From Acidimicrobiales bacterium (GTDB lineage: Bacteria > Actinomycetota > Acidimicrobiia > Acidimicrobiales > Bog-793), in NCBI GenBank assembly GCA_052146595.1, contig JBKQMT010000009.1:9484-73483 (forward strand): a stretch of 64,000 nt of DNA. The letters run 5' to 3'. The notes beneath the pieces are model-generated. The model was not told the DNA's origin and ran no database searches. It saw nothing but the letters and a program-made list of their open reading frames with translations. Numbering within the stretch: the first letter of the stretch is position 1; the number at the start of each line of letters is the position of its first letter. Below, one piece after another: positions 1 to 10,251 of the stretch. A program made the translations under genes and the position numbers.

Positions 1-1058
1 AGGCTCGGTGGGAAAAAGGAATTTCCTGGCTGGGCGGTGCCAAAAGTCGTGATCTGGGCGAGTTGCGGGATGTTGATGGCGTGCGCGATCGCCCGACGGA
101 CATGACGGTCCTTGAAATAGGCCAGCTTCTCGTTGAAAAAGAGCAGGTCGACAGCCCACGAGCCGAACTCCTCGAGCACGAGGGACACGTCTGCCTTGAG
201 GGAGGAGACCTGCGCGGGCGGGACTGCCGAGATCACATCGACCTCGCCTCCCTTGAGCTGCTCGACGCGCTGGTTGTCGTCGGGGATGTAGCTGAAGCTG
301 ACCTCGTCGAGGTAGGGCTTGCCCGACTGCCAGTAGTTCTTGTTTCTCGTGAGCACCACGCCGGCGCCCTTTTGGAACGACTTGAGCACGAACGGCCCCG
401 TCCCGATCGGGTTGGCGAAGAAAGCAGACTCGCTCTGGCCCCCGAAGTCGTTCGGCAGGATCGAATTGGCGAAGACCGATATGTCCGACAAGAAGGGGGC
501 CCAGGGCTGGGAGAGCTCGAATTTGACCGTGCTGGCGTCGCTCGCCTTGATCGACTTGATGGCGAAGTCCAAGAAGCTGAGCGGCCCTGCTGCATCGGTG
601 GCGGCGCGGTGGATCGAGAACACGACGTCTTCTGCGGTGAGGGGGCTGCCGTCGGAGAACTTCACCCCGGGCCTGAGGGCGAAGGTCCAGGTCTTCCCGT
701 CCGAGCTCATGGTGTGGCCGCGAGCGAGGCAGGGCGTGAGCACGCCCGACGGACTCGTGATGTAGAGCGGCTCGAAGATCTTGTCGAGCGTGTAGACGTC
801 GCCCGCGACGATGGAGTTCGCCGGGTCGAGCTGGGTGGGACCGGTGTCGCGGCCGAAGTTCAACGTGCCGCCGCGCTTGGGCGTGAGAGTGCGGGCCCTC
901 GCCGACACCGTCGACGCAGAGCTGCTCGGCGCGCCGAAAAGTGGGCTCACGCCGAGGGCCCCGGCCCCGACGACGCCCAAGCGGAGCATCTGGCGCCGGG
1001 TGTAGCGCCGCCGTTTCACGTTCAGGCCCTGCTCCGGCTCAGCTTCTCGATCTGCCAC
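1..1058 (-). CDS. ABC transporter substrate-binding protein, family 5 (peptide/nickel type), C-terminus cut by window edge
   Basis: Not in the ORF track because it runs off the window. My reverse-strand translation from GTG 1058 (GGAGG ~8 nt upstream; alternative GTG 1019) gives KRRRYTRRQMLRLGVVGAGALG (twin-arginine signal). It continues RGGTLNFGRDTGPTQLDPANS, KFSDGSPLTAEDVVFS, NKNYWQSGKPYLDEV, which are typical SBP_bac_5 blocks. The + ORF 63..1121 is its antisense shadow. Confidence 0.8.
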   Translation of the reverse strand, partial: MADREAEPEQGLNVKRRRYTRRQMLRLGVVGAGALGVSPLFGAPSSSASTVSARARTLTPKRGGTLNFGRDTGPTQLDPANSIVAGDVYTLDKIFEPLYITSPSGVLTPCLARGHTMSSDGKTWTFALRPGVKFSDGSPLTAEDVVFSIHRAATDAAGPLSFLDFAIKSIKASDASTVKFELSQPWAPFLSDISVFANSILPNDFGGQSESAFFANPIGTGPFVLKSFQKGAGVVLTRNKNYWQSGKPYLDEVSFSYIPDDNQRVEQLKGGEVDVISAVPPAQVSSLKADVSLVLEEFGSWAVDLLFFNEKLAYFKDRHVRRAIAHAINIPQLAQITTFGTAQPGNSFFPPS

Positions 1059-1225
1059 GTCGTGCCCCTCCTTCGTCGCTGCGCTCGACCGGTGTCATCC
1101 GGGCGATCGCGAAAACTATAAACCCGATGAGATTGATCAGCTTAACGTAGCCGTCACGAACGGGCTGCGCAAGCCCTCTCACGTCCTACCAACGCCGTGC
1201 CGCCGCGAACGGCACGGGATGGCCT

Positions 1226-2098
1226 TCAGTCCTCGAGGAGCACCCCGGCGGTGGCGGCGAGGGCGGCGATGTGGTCGTCGATGCGGGCGAGACCGGCCCC
1301 CATGGTGTTGATCGAGAGGTGGCTCGCCCGCTTGGCGCGCCAGAGCTCGGCCTCCTGAGCGAGCCGGTCGAGGTCGCCGTCCTCGAAGTCGAGCCTCCCC
1401 TCCATGCCGATCCCCTTCGGGTCCCGGCCGGCCTCGAGGGCCGCCTTGTCGATCTCGGCGAGGGCCGCCTCGAGCTGAAGGCCCGGGGCGATGAGGGGAA
1501 ACCAGCCGTCGGCCAGCCGCCCGGCGCGTCGCAGCCCCGCTCGCGTCGTGGCTCCGGTCCCGAACCAGATCGGGATCGGCCGTTGCACCGGCATCGGGGC
1601 GAGGCCTGCGCCGGTGACGGTCTCGAACCGGCCATGAAAGGTCACCGACTCCTCGGTCCACAGGCGGCGCATGAGCGTGACCTGCTCGCTGATCCGGCTC
1701 GCCCGGCCCGAGAAGTCCTTGCCGAGAGCCTCGTACTCGACCGGGTTCCACCCGATCCCGACACCGAGACGCAAGCGTCCCTCCGTGAGCAGGTCGACCT
1801 CTGCCGCTTGTTTGGCGACGAGGGCGCTCTGGCGCTGAGGGAGGATCATGATCCCGGTGACGAGCTCGAGGCGCGTCAGGGCCGCCAGGTAGCCGAAGAG
1901 GACGAACGGCTCGTGGAAGGTGCTGTGCAGGTCGTAGGGCCCGTTCCAGCCAGTGTGCACGGACGGATCGGCGCCGATCACGTGATCGTAGGCGAGGACG
2001 TGGCTGTAGCCGAGGTCGGCGACGGCCTCGGCGTAGCTACGCAGCCCCCCGGGGTCCGCGCCGGCCTCGGTCTGGGGGAACACGACGCCGATCTTCAT
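1226..2098 (-). CDS. Luciferase-like (LLM class) F420-dependent oxidoreductase
   Basis: ORF 1226..2206. The conserved part begins MKIGVVFPQTE at ATG 2098. Blocks ILPQRQSALVAKQAAEVDLL and GRLRLGVGIGW are typical of the LLM/F420 family. Confidence 0.8.
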   Translation of the reverse strand: MKIGVVFPQTEAGADPGGLRSYAEAVADLGYSHVLAYDHVIGADPSVHTGWNGPYDLHSTFHEPFVLFGYLAALTRLELVTGIMILPQRQSALVAKQAAEVDLLTEGRLRLGVGIGWNPVEYEALGKDFSGRASRISEQVTLMRRLWTEESVTFHGRFETVTGAGLAPMPVQRPIPIWFGTGATTRAGLRRAGRLADGWFPLIAPGLQLEAALAEIDKAALEAGRDPKGIGMEGRLDFEDGDLDRLAQEAELWRAKRASHLSINTMGAGLARIDDHIAALAATAGVLLED

Positions 2099-2582
2099 GC
2101 CGCACCTGCCTGCCTCGTCGGGAGCCTGGGCCGCCACGCTTCGCGGACCTCTGGCGCAGCGTAGCGTCGCTGCCCGCCGCCGCCTTGCTCGCCGCGCCGG
2201 TCGCAAGTTGAGACAGTAGATCTGACATCACCTCGGAATCCGGTCGCTCCTTTTCTTCTTTCCTGGTTGCGCTCTGTCATCAAGGGGTCCCCTCGAACAT
2301 ATGAATCAGCCGCCAGCTAAGAGGCGCCGCGGTTCCGGCAACGCGGATCCTAGGATGACCGGCTCACAAGCTTCGTTGGGCGATACCGATCCGAAAATGG
2401 CTGGACTGCCCAAGGAAGAACGACGCCTCAGGCTTCGCCTTCGACAACCCGCCGAGGGTCGAGCCACGTCTGCTCGTCGTCGGTCCGGGTCGACGCTCGG
2501 GTAGAGAGCCGGCCCCTGTCACGACACAACCTCGGTCCCGGCCCCCGGGGGCTGCGGTGGAAGTAGCTAGTGTCAATGTCGT

Positions 2583-3824
2583 GTGGAGTCCGGAGCGAGA
2601 CGCGATCGAAGCGGATCCTTGGACCACGGTCCGAAGTCGGCGCCTGTGAAGGCGTCCCAAGCATCCACGAACGGCTTCCGCCGCGTCTTCGGCAGGCCAC
2701 CGGAGGGGATCTGGTCCGCTCCGGGCCGCGTGAACCTCATCGGCGAGTTCACCGACTACAACGACGGCTACGTGCTGCCGCTCGCTCTGCCTCATGCCGC
2801 CCAGGCGGCCGCCGCCCGACGTCGTGATCGCCTGTTGCGTGTCGCTTCGGCCCAACGCGCCGAAGCCGGCCGGACTCCCGTCGTCGAGGCTTCCCTGGAC
2901 CGGCTCGACCCGGGGACTCGCGAGCCGGTGACGAGCAGCTGGGCCTCTTACATCCTCGGCGTCGTCTGGGCGCTGAGAGAAGCAGGCGCCGAAATCGGTG
3001 GCGCCGAGCTCCACATCGACAGCGACGTGCCTATCGGGGCCGGCCTTTCCTCGTCCGCGGCTCTCGAGTGCTCGGTGGCGCTGGCCCTGCAAGATCTCTA
3101 CGACCTGCCACTCTCGCGCCAGGAGCTGGCCCGTCTCGCGCAACGGGCCGAGAACGAGTACGTGGGCGTTCCCACCGGCATCATGGACCAGACGGCATCG
3201 CTGCGCTGTCGGGCCGGCCACGCACTGTTTCTCGACACGCGCACCTTGGAAGTGCTCCAGGTGCCCTTCGACCTCGAGTCAGCCGGGTTGACGCTGCTCG
3301 TGGTGAACACCGGGGTCAAGCACGCCCTTGGCAACTCTGCCTACGCCGATCGCCGCCGCGACTGCCTGAAGGCTGCGGCCGAGCTCGGCGTCGCTGCTCT
3401 TCGTGACGTGCCACCGGAGAAGATGGACGCCGCCCTCGCCGAGCTCTCCGACGATGTCGTGAGGCGCCGGGCCCGTCACATCCTGACCGAGCAGAGCCGT
3501 GTGCTCGAGGTGGTAAGGCTCCTCGAGTCGGGCAGGCCCGCCGAGGTCGGCCCTGTGCTGAGCGCGGGGCACCGCTCGCTGCGGGACGACTTCGAGGTCT
3601 CCTGCGCCGAGCTCGACACGGTCGTCGACGTCGCCGTCGCCACTGGAGCGCTTGGCGCCCGCATGACCGGAGGCGGATTTGGAGGCTCGGCGGTAGTGCT
3701 CCTCGAGCTTGACGCCGTCGATGCGGTTACGACGGCCGTTGCCGGCGGCTTCGCGGCTCGGAGATTCGCCCCGCCGGAAGTGATCGGGGTCGTCGCCTCC
3801 GACGGCGCGTCAAGAATCGCCTGA
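2583..3824 (+). CDS. galK: Galactokinase
   Basis: APGRVNLIGEFTDYNDGYVLPLAL galactokinase signature, GHMP-kinase motif PIGAGLSSSAALE, C-terminal GARMTGGGFGGSAVVL. The start is uncertain; an in-frame GTG at 2646 gives a more typical N-terminus. Confidence 0.85.
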   Translation: MESGARRDRSGSLDHGPKSAPVKASQASTNGFRRVFGRPPEGIWSAPGRVNLIGEFTDYNDGYVLPLALPHAAQAAAARRRDRLLRVASAQRAEAGRTPVVEASLDRLDPGTREPVTSSWASYILGVVWALREAGAEIGGAELHIDSDVPIGAGLSSSAALECSVALALQDLYDLPLSRQELARLAQRAENEYVGVPTGIMDQTASLRCRAGHALFLDTRTLEVLQVPFDLESAGLTLLVVNTGVKHALGNSAYADRRRDCLKAAAELGVAALRDVPPEKMDAALAELSDDVVRRRARHILTEQSRVLEVVRLLESGRPAEVGPVLSAGHRSLRDDFEVSCAELDTVVDVAVATGALGARMTGGGFGGSAVVLLELDAVDAVTTAVAGGFAARRFAPPEVIGVVASDGASRIA

Positions 3825-3886
3825 TGGCGTTCGCACTCCGACACTGCGCCACTCGGAGCCGCACGGGCGATTAGTACTAAGCTTGC

Positions 3887-5179
3887 CTACAGCACGCGTT
3901 GCTTCGTTGGGCGCGGAGACCCAGGAAGACCGAGGACGCGGTTGGGGAAGCTTTGGCTGTCCACGGAGCCGTTGCCGAGCTGGCCGAGCGTGTTGACACC
4001 CCAGGACCACAGGCTTCCATTCCGCTCGAGGGCGAAGGCCATGTCGCCCCCTCCGGCCACCTGTACCACGCTCGTCAGACCCTTTACCTGGACCGGGATG
4101 TTTCGGTCCGACGTGCTCCCGTCCCCGAGCTGGCCGGAATCGCCGCGGCCCCATGCCCACACCGTTCCGTCACCGAGGAGTGCGTAGCCAGAGCACGACC
4201 CCGCGGCAATGGCGACCACGTGGCTCAGATCCCTCACCTTGACCGGGACGCCTTCGTCAAGGCGCCGCACACCGTCGCCGAGCTCTCCGAACTCGTCGTC
4301 ACCCCACGCCCATACGCTCCCGTCGCGGCCCAGCGCGTAGACAGAGTCACCGCCGGCCGCGATGGCCACTATCTCGGTGAGCTCTGGTATCCGGTGGGGG
4401 ACGCTCGAACTCCGGCAGGTGTCGGGGCGTCCGCCTGGTGCCGGGCCGCACCCGCCTCCCCCGAGCTCGCCGAGGCTGTCGTCGCCCCAGGCCCACACCG
4501 TTCCGTCACCGAGCAACGCGTAGCCATCAGATGTGCTTGCGGTGATGGCGACGACGTCGCTCAAGCGCGTCAGCTCCTGCGGAGTGGTGGCAACGCCACT
4601 GCCCGATCCGGTTCCGAGCTGCCCAAAGCTGTCGTCCCCCCAAGCCAACGCCGTGCCGTTGTCGCGGATCGCGTAGGCGCTGAACGCTCCGGCAGCGATG
4701 TCTCTGACCGCACTCAGCTTCCACACAAGGCCGGGCAGCTGCCGGGCCGTGAAACGTTCGTCGCCGAGCTCACCCTGGCTGTCATCCCCCCAGGCCCACA
4801 CCTCGCCGTTTCCGCGGAGCGCGTAGGCACTGTTCGCTCCGCCTACGACCAGGATCGCTGACGAAAGACCCTGGACCTCGACCGGGATCGTTCGCAAGGA
4901 CCAAGGTCCCCTGTCTCCGATCTGACCCTCCAGGTCATCGCCCCACGCCCACACGTGGCCGTCTGAAAGAACCGCGTAGCCCGTGTACGCACCCGCGGCA
5001 ACGCTCACGATCGAGGCGACACCTCCGACCGGGTCACGCGTGGGGCTCGCTGCGAATTGAGGCCTGACCGTAATACCGACGCCCGCGAGCAGCCCCATCA
5101 CGAGGAGTCCGCCCAGCGCGGCAAACCGAATCACCTTGCGATAAGGGTAGGTGGCGCTATTATCCCTTGCTAGCCGCAT
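3887..5179 (-). CDS. Membrane-anchored RCC1-repeat (beta-propeller) protein
   Basis: N-terminal TM segment FAALGGLLVMGLLAGVGI, then about 7 repeats of the pattern Y/HALxxDGxVWAWGDDxxGQLG, as in RCC1/ATS1-type blades. Confidence 0.75.
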   Translation of the reverse strand: MRLARDNSATYPYRKVIRFAALGGLLVMGLLAGVGITVRPQFAASPTRDPVGGVASIVSVAAGAYTGYAVLSDGHVWAWGDDLEGQIGDRGPWSLRTIPVEVQGLSSAILVVGGANSAYALRGNGEVWAWGDDSQGELGDERFTARQLPGLVWKLSAVRDIAAGAFSAYAIRDNGTALAWGDDSFGQLGTGSGSGVATTPQELTRLSDVVAITASTSDGYALLGDGTVWAWGDDSLGELGGGGCGPAPGGRPDTCRSSSVPHRIPELTEIVAIAAGGDSVYALGRDGSVWAWGDDEFGELGDGVRRLDEGVPVKVRDLSHVVAIAAGSCSGYALLGDGTVWAWGRGDSGQLGDGSTSDRNIPVQVKGLTSVVQVAGGGDMAFALERNGSLWSWGVNTLGQLGNGSVDSQSFPNRVLGLPGSPRPTKQRVL

Positions 5180-5441
5180 CGCGTTGCATTACCGTTACGT
5201 GTAACAGTTTCGTCAAAGATCAGGTGGCAATGATCTCAGGAGACAGACGGCGAGTCAGCGGTGCGACACGCCGGGTACGCGCGACCAGGGGATGTGTGAG
5301 CGTCGGCCTGGCCCTAGGTCCGCAGCCACGAGAAAGGAGGACGTAGGCAGCTTTGTCCGGCCGGCATGTCGCATTCGCGCTGGGATCCTAGGGAGTCCAG
5401 CGAGGCCGCATAGCGAATCACCAACGAGAGAGGACTTTCAT

Positions 5442-6548
5442 ATGGCGAAGTTTGAGCCCCAAGACGTAGACCCAAAGAGGTACGAAGTATCGAGGCGCCG
5501 GTTCCTGCGTAACAGCGGCATGGTCGCATCCGTGCCCCTCCTCGGCGGTTTGGCTGAGATTCTGAGTGAACGGGGGGCGGCGGCACAGACCTACCACGAC
5601 GAGTCGCACCCGCTGTTCGCGAGTCACCCGGCGTACAAGTTCACATTCGTCAACCACGTGACGACGAACACGTTCTTCACCGCCACTCAGTACGGGTTGC
5701 AGGACGCCGCCAGGATCCTGGGCATCCCCACCCCGCAGTGGACGGGCTCGCAGGTTTCGGCGGTCTCGGACATGGTGAACGCGATCGACGTCGCGATCGC
5801 CGGCAAGGTGAACGGCATCGCCACCACCCTCATCGACCCGACAGCCTTCAACACGCCGGTCGACCGGGCCCTCACGATCGGCATTCCGGTTATCGCGTAC
5901 AACGCCGACGAACCAGGGAACAACCGGATGTGCTACGTCGGACAGAGCAACACGACCGCAGGTCAAGCTGCCGCGGCGAAGATTGTGGCAACCCTCACGA
6001 AGGGTGATCTGATCGCAATGGTGATCGCCACCCCCGGTACGGGCAACATCCAGCCACGGATCAACGGAGCTCTGCCGATCTTCAAGGCGGCAGGCATGGT
6101 CACCGAGACCGTCGCCGGTGGCGCCCTCGTTCCGGCCGAGATCACAGCCGTCCAGGCGTGGTGGGAAGGCCACAAGGACGTGAAGTACTTCTACGCGGTC
6201 GACAACGGTGACTCCGAGGCGGTCGCGGACTGCATCACTAAGAACGGCCTGATAGGAAAGGTCCACGGCTCGGGCTGGGACGTCAGCGCGCCCGTGCTCG
6301 CAGGCGTCAAGAGCGGAGCCCTCGACTTCTCGATCGACCAGCAGGCATACCTGCAAGGCTTCGTACCAACCATCCAGCTGTTCCTGTACAACATCTCGGC
6401 TGGTCTCATGAAGCCATGCGACACCGACACCGGTCTTGGCTTCATCAACAAGGCCAACGTTGGTCCGTACGTCGCCCACCCGACACGTTTCGAAGGTGCG
6501 ACGACGACGCAGACCGCTTACGCGCCTCCAAAGACGATCCTCTACTGA
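5442..6548 (+). CDS. Sugar ABC transporter substrate-binding protein (CUT2/periplasmic-binding-protein type I), Tat signal
   Basis: ATG 5442 is preceded by GAGAGAGGA. SRRRFLRNSGMVASVPLLGG is a twin-arginine signal. The mature part resembles ribose/xylose-type binding proteins and is followed by permease and ATPase genes. Confidence 0.8.
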   Translation: MAKFEPQDVDPKRYEVSRRRFLRNSGMVASVPLLGGLAEILSERGAAAQTYHDESHPLFASHPAYKFTFVNHVTTNTFFTATQYGLQDAARILGIPTPQWTGSQVSAVSDMVNAIDVAIAGKVNGIATTLIDPTAFNTPVDRALTIGIPVIAYNADEPGNNRMCYVGQSNTTAGQAAAAKIVATLTKGDLIAMVIATPGTGNIQPRINGALPIFKAAGMVTETVAGGALVPAEITAVQAWWEGHKDVKYFYAVDNGDSEAVADCITKNGLIGKVHGSGWDVSAPVLAGVKSGALDFSIDQQAYLQGFVPTIQLFLYNISAGLMKPCDTDTGLGFINKANVGPYVAHPTRFEGATTTQTAYAPPKTILY

Positions 6549-6577
6549 CGACGACGGCGCGAGTTACAGTCTGATCA

Positions 6578-7603
6578 GTGTCTACAACTCCTATTGAGGA
6601 GACTCCGACCCCCGCTCCGCACCATGCGGAGCGGGGGCCTGTGGGCCGTATCTCCAACATCTTTCTTTCCCGACCGGAATCGACGATCTTCGTCGTCGCG
6701 GTCGCGCTCATCGCCTACTTCTCCGTCCGGAACTCCACCTTCTACTCGTATACCAATGTCGTCACGATGGCGCAGTACACCGCGCCGATCGCGGTCATCG
6801 GAGCCGGCGAGGTCCTGCTACTCGACCTAGCTGAGATCGACCTGTCCGCAGGCCAGATCTTCCTGGTGTCGTCGTGGATCGTGGTGATACTCGGTGAACA
6901 CGGCGTCCCGCTCGGCTGGGCGATCACCCTCTCGCTGCTGATCTGCGCTCTCATCGGGGCCTTCAACGGGCTCGTAGTCGTGTGGCTCAAGGTCCCGTCC
7001 TTCGTAGCGACGCTCGGCACGAACTACGTGCTTCTGGGATGGGTCCTCGTCGCCTCGGCCGACATCACAACCGACATGCCAGGTACGACGGGGAAATTCG
7101 GCTCGATCATGGGGATCAGCAACTGGGGCGAGGCTCTGTGGGCATTGGGGATCGTCATCATCATCTGGGCGTTGCTCAAAGGCACAGTCTTCGGCCTGCA
7201 CACGACGGCGACGGGCGGCAACGAGCTGGGTGCTGCCGAGGCCGGTGTCCGCGTCAAAACGGTGAAGGTGTGGTGCTTCATCATCATCGCTCTTGCCTCC
7301 GCGTTCATCGGTCTCTGCGACTCGATTCGAATCGGGAGCCTCGATCCTGCGGCCCCGGGTCTGAACGAGATGCTGGCTGCCGTCACGGCGGCCGTGATCG
7401 GGGGGACATCGCTCACCGGCGGCAAGGCCACCGTGGCCGGGACCTTGATCGGAGCGATCGTGCTAGGTGTGCTCGAGGACGGTTTCAACCTCATCGGTAT
7501 CAGTGCCAACTGGTTCATCCTCGTCGAAGGCGCCGTGATCCTCCTCGCTATGGCGCTGAACGTCCAGCTCGGCCGGGTGGCGCCGAAACGAGTGGGAAGA
7601 TGA
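6578..7603 (+). CDS. Sugar ABC transporter permease (CUT2 family)
   Basis: Highly hydrophobic 341-aa protein with multiple TM segments. The GGTSLTGGKATVAGTLIGA block is typical of RbsC/XylH-type permeases. Its stop overlaps the ATPase start (ATGA at 7600-7603). Confidence 0.85.
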   Translation: MSTTPIEETPTPAPHHAERGPVGRISNIFLSRPESTIFVVAVALIAYFSVRNSTFYSYTNVVTMAQYTAPIAVIGAGEVLLLDLAEIDLSAGQIFLVSSWIVVILGEHGVPLGWAITLSLLICALIGAFNGLVVVWLKVPSFVATLGTNYVLLGWVLVASADITTDMPGTTGKFGSIMGISNWGEALWALGIVIIIWALLKGTVFGLHTTATGGNELGAAEAGVRVKTVKVWCFIIIALASAFIGLCDSIRIGSLDPAAPGLNEMLAAVTAAVIGGTSLTGGKATVAGTLIGAIVLGVLEDGFNLIGISANWFILVEGAVILLAMALNVQLGRVAPKRVGR

Positions 7604-8535
7604 CCGATGAGATGAACGACGCCCAGCTTGCCGACACCTCCGATCCGGGCGGTCTCGGGCGGGGCATTCCGGCGGCAAAGACCGGTGACGAGCTCGAGGT
7701 CAGGGCGAGGGTTGACATCAGGGCGCAGATCGGCACCACGCCCCGGCGCGTCCAAGACCAGGACGTCATCCTCCGTACCGAAGGGATCACGAAGAGCTTC
7801 GGCCCGCTCTCGGTCCTGAAGGGCATTGATGTCCATCTGAGGCGTGGTGAGGTGCTCGGCCTGGTGGGCGACAACGGAAGCGGCAAGAGCACGTTCGTGA
7901 AGATCCTCTGTGGCTTCCAGCGCCAGGACGCGGGGAAGATCTTCGTCGAGGGGAAAGAGGTGGAATTCCACTCGGTGAAGGACGCGCGGCGGCAGGGCAT
8001 CGAGACCGTCTACCAGGACTTGGCCCTCATTCCGGCGCTGAGCGTGTACGAGAACCTCTTCCTCAACCGTGAGGTAACCCACGCGGGCCCGATTCGCTGG
8101 CTGTCCAAGAAGAAGATGCGACGGATGGCGCGGACTTATCTCGACGACATCAACGTCCAAGTTCCGAGCGTCGACGCGCTCATCGAGAACATGTCCGGTG
8201 GTCAGCGACAGGCCGTGGCGCTGGCAAGAGCGACTCACCAGAACGCGAAGATCCTCCTCCTCGATGAGCCGCTCGCGGCAATGGGCGCGAAGGAGTCTGC
8301 GCTAGTCATCGACCTGGTCAAGGACCTCTCACGCAATCGCGGCGTCTCGATGGTCGTCATCGACCACAACTACACGCACCTGTTCGAGCTGTGTGACCGG
8401 TTGAACATATTGCAGGAAGGGCTGATCACCCTCGACCTGAACGTCGCCGACACGACGCTCGAGGACCTGACAGAACTCATGGTCACCGAGTACCGCCGTC
8501 GCATCAGTCAAGGCGCACAGGAGCTCAGAGCCTGA
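7600..8535 (+). CDS. Sugar ABC transporter ATP-binding protein (single nucleotide-binding domain)
   Basis: Walker A GDNGSGKST, signature MSGGQRQ, Walker B ILLLDEP. ATG 7600 overlaps the permease stop. The 517-aa track ORF from 6982 is an out-of-frame upstream extension over the permease gene. Confidence 0.85.
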   Translation: MTDEMNDAQLADTSDPGGLGRGIPAAKTGDELEVRARVDIRAQIGTTPRRVQDQDVILRTEGITKSFGPLSVLKGIDVHLRRGEVLGLVGDNGSGKSTFVKILCGFQRQDAGKIFVEGKEVEFHSVKDARRQGIETVYQDLALIPALSVYENLFLNREVTHAGPIRWLSKKKMRRMARTYLDDINVQVPSVDALIENMSGGQRQAVALARATHQNAKILLLDEPLAAMGAKESALVIDLVKDLSRNRGVSMVVIDHNYTHLFELCDRLNILQEGLITLDLNVADTTLEDLTELMVTEYRRRISQGAQELRA

Positions 8536-8596
8536 CGCGGCCAAGACTGCACGCAAGAGTGTTCCTCGAAGGGCCCCAGGAGCGTTCTCGAAGGGC

Positions 8597-10150
8597 TCAG
8601 CGGGCCAGGCCCTGAGCGAGCCTGTAGTAGGCCTGGTTCCAGCGGAGCTCCCGCCTGAAGCTCTCGGTCGTCGTGGTGTGATCGATTCGGACCAGCTCGA
8701 CGCCGGCGATCTCGGCGAAGTCCTCGAGGGTCTCCATGCTCACCGCCGTGCTCAAGGCGGTGTGGTGCGGGCCACCGGCCATGAGCCACGACTCCACGGC
8801 CGTGTAGAAGTTCGGCGCCGGCTTCCAGACCGCCCGGGCCACGGGTAGCCGCGGCAGCGGAGCGTCCGGGGGCACGATCTCGATCTCGTTCGCGACGAGC
8901 CGGAAACGGTCGCCGAGGTCCAAGAGGCCGACCACGAGCCCCCTGCCCGGCGAGGCGTCGAACACGAGCCGAACCGGGTCCTCCCGGTTGCCGATGCTGA
9001 GCGGGTGGATCTCGCAGGACGGCGTCCGCGCGGCGATGCTCGGGCAGACCTCCAACATGTGGGCGCCGAGGGTCTTCGGCTCCCCGGGACCGAGGTGGTA
9101 GGTGTAGTCCTCCATGAACGAGGTGCCGCCCGGCTGTGTCGCACCCATGACCTTCAAGATCCGCACCAGAGCCGACGTCTTCCAGTCGCCCTCGGCACCG
9201 AACCCGTAGCCGTCGGCCATCAGGCGCTGTACGGCAATGCCCGGGAGCTGGCGAAGTCCCCCGAGGTCCTCGAAGTTCGTCGTGAAGGCGGTGAAGTTGC
9301 CGCCCTCCAGGAACGATCGCAGGCCCGCCTCGATGCGGGCGGCGTAGCGAAGCGACTCGTGGCGCTCACCGCCGGGCGCGAGCTCGGGCACGACCGCGTA
9401 GCTGCGCTCGTAGTACCCGACGATGGCGTCGACCGTCGCCGAAGAGGCTGCCTCCACGGCGGCGACGAGGTCGTTCACACCGTAGGTGTTCACGGAGATC
9501 CCGAGCCGGAGCTGGGCCTCGACCTTGTCACCCTCGGTCACGGCCACGTCGCGCATGTTGTCGCCGAAGCGGACCATACGGAGCTGGCCTGCGGCGTGCC
9601 AACCGATGGCGGCGCGTGCCCAGGAGGCGATTCGTTGGCGGACGACCGGGTCGCTGGCATGGCCGGCCACCGTCTTCCTCCGCAGTGCCATCCGGGTCTC
9701 GAGGTAGCCGAATTCACGATCGCCGTGGGCTGCCTGGTTGAGGTTCATGAAGTCCATGTCGATCGAGTCCCAGGGCAGGGAGATGTTCACCTGCGTGTGC
9801 AAGTGCAACAAGGGCTTCCGCAGGGCATCGAGCCCGGCGATCCACGCCTTTGCGGGCGAGAAGGTGTGCATCCAGGCGATGACGCCGATGCAGTTGTCGG
9901 CCGAGCTCGCCTCGATGCAGGCCCGACGTATCTCCTCGGCCCCGATCAGCACCGGCTTCCAGACCAGGCGGACGCTGATCTCGGGCCCGGCGTTCAACAG
10001 GGCGACGATCTCGCTGGACTGCTCAGCCACCTGGCGCAGCGTCTCGTCTCCGTAAAGCGACTGGCTCCCGGTCAGGAACCAGCATTCGAGGGTGTCATCG
10101 GTCTCGTGCACGTGATTACTTTCTAGATAGGTCGTTTGCGAGGCGAGCAT
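8597..10150 (-). CDS. araA: L-arabinose isomerase
   Basis: Collinear with E. coli AraA as I recall it: [97 protein letters not shown]. The likely start is ATG 10150 (MLASQ..). Confidence 0.93.
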   Translation of the reverse strand: MLASQTTYLESNHVHETDDTLECWFLTGSQSLYGDETLRQVAEQSSEIVALLNAGPEISVRLVWKPVLIGAEEIRRACIEASSADNCIGVIAWMHTFSPAKAWIAGLDALRKPLLHLHTQVNISLPWDSIDMDFMNLNQAAHGDREFGYLETRMALRRKTVAGHASDPVVRQRIASWARAAIGWHAAGQLRMVRFGDNMRDVAVTEGDKVEAQLRLGISVNTYGVNDLVAAVEAASSATVDAIVGYYERSYAVVPELAPGGERHESLRYAARIEAGLRSFLEGGNFTAFTTNFEDLGGLRQLPGIAVQRLMADGYGFGAEGDWKTSALVRILKVMGATQPGGTSFMEDYTYHLGPGEPKTLGAHMLEVCPSIAARTPSCEIHPLSIGNREDPVRLVFDASPGRGLVVGLLDLGDRFRLVANEIEIVPPDAPLPRLPVARAVWKPAPNFYTAVESWLMAGGPHHTALSTAVSMETLEDFAEIAGVELVRIDHTTTTESFRRELRWNQAYYRLAQGLAR

Positions 10151-10251
10151 AGCTATCGCTGCCGGCCGGCGAGGAGTCCGTGGTCGGTCTGTCCGCAGAT
10201 GTCGCTCGGCTCGCGTTGACGAGACGGGCGGCCAAGGGAGCGTGAGAAGAG

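Noticed and set aside
63-1121. 352-aa + strand ORF at the left edge
   Set aside because: Low-complexity R/E/G/A-rich translation with no motifs. It lies exactly antisense to a convincing family-5 substrate-binding protein gene on the minus strand. This is a typical high-GC shadow ORF.
2099-2582. 484-bp gap upstream of galK, searched for a missing gene or riboswitch
   Set aside because: It holds only a 67-aa R/K-rich ORF (2301..2504) with no coding signature. I saw no recognisable RNA motif. It is retained only for the GGATCCTAGGAT palindrome reported under the CCTAGG finding.
6982-7599. N-terminal 206 codons of the 517-aa ORF 6982..8535
   Set aside because: This part overlaps the permease gene in another frame and is Arg-rich nonsense. 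The real ATPase starts at ATG 7600, overlapping the permease stop.
8561-8596. Direct repeat GTTC(C)TCGAAGGGC x2 between the ABC ATPase stop and the araA stop
   Set aside because: The repeat is short and imperfect, sits in a convergent spacer, and has an irregular period (about 23 nt). No further copies were noticed, so there is insufficient support for any function.
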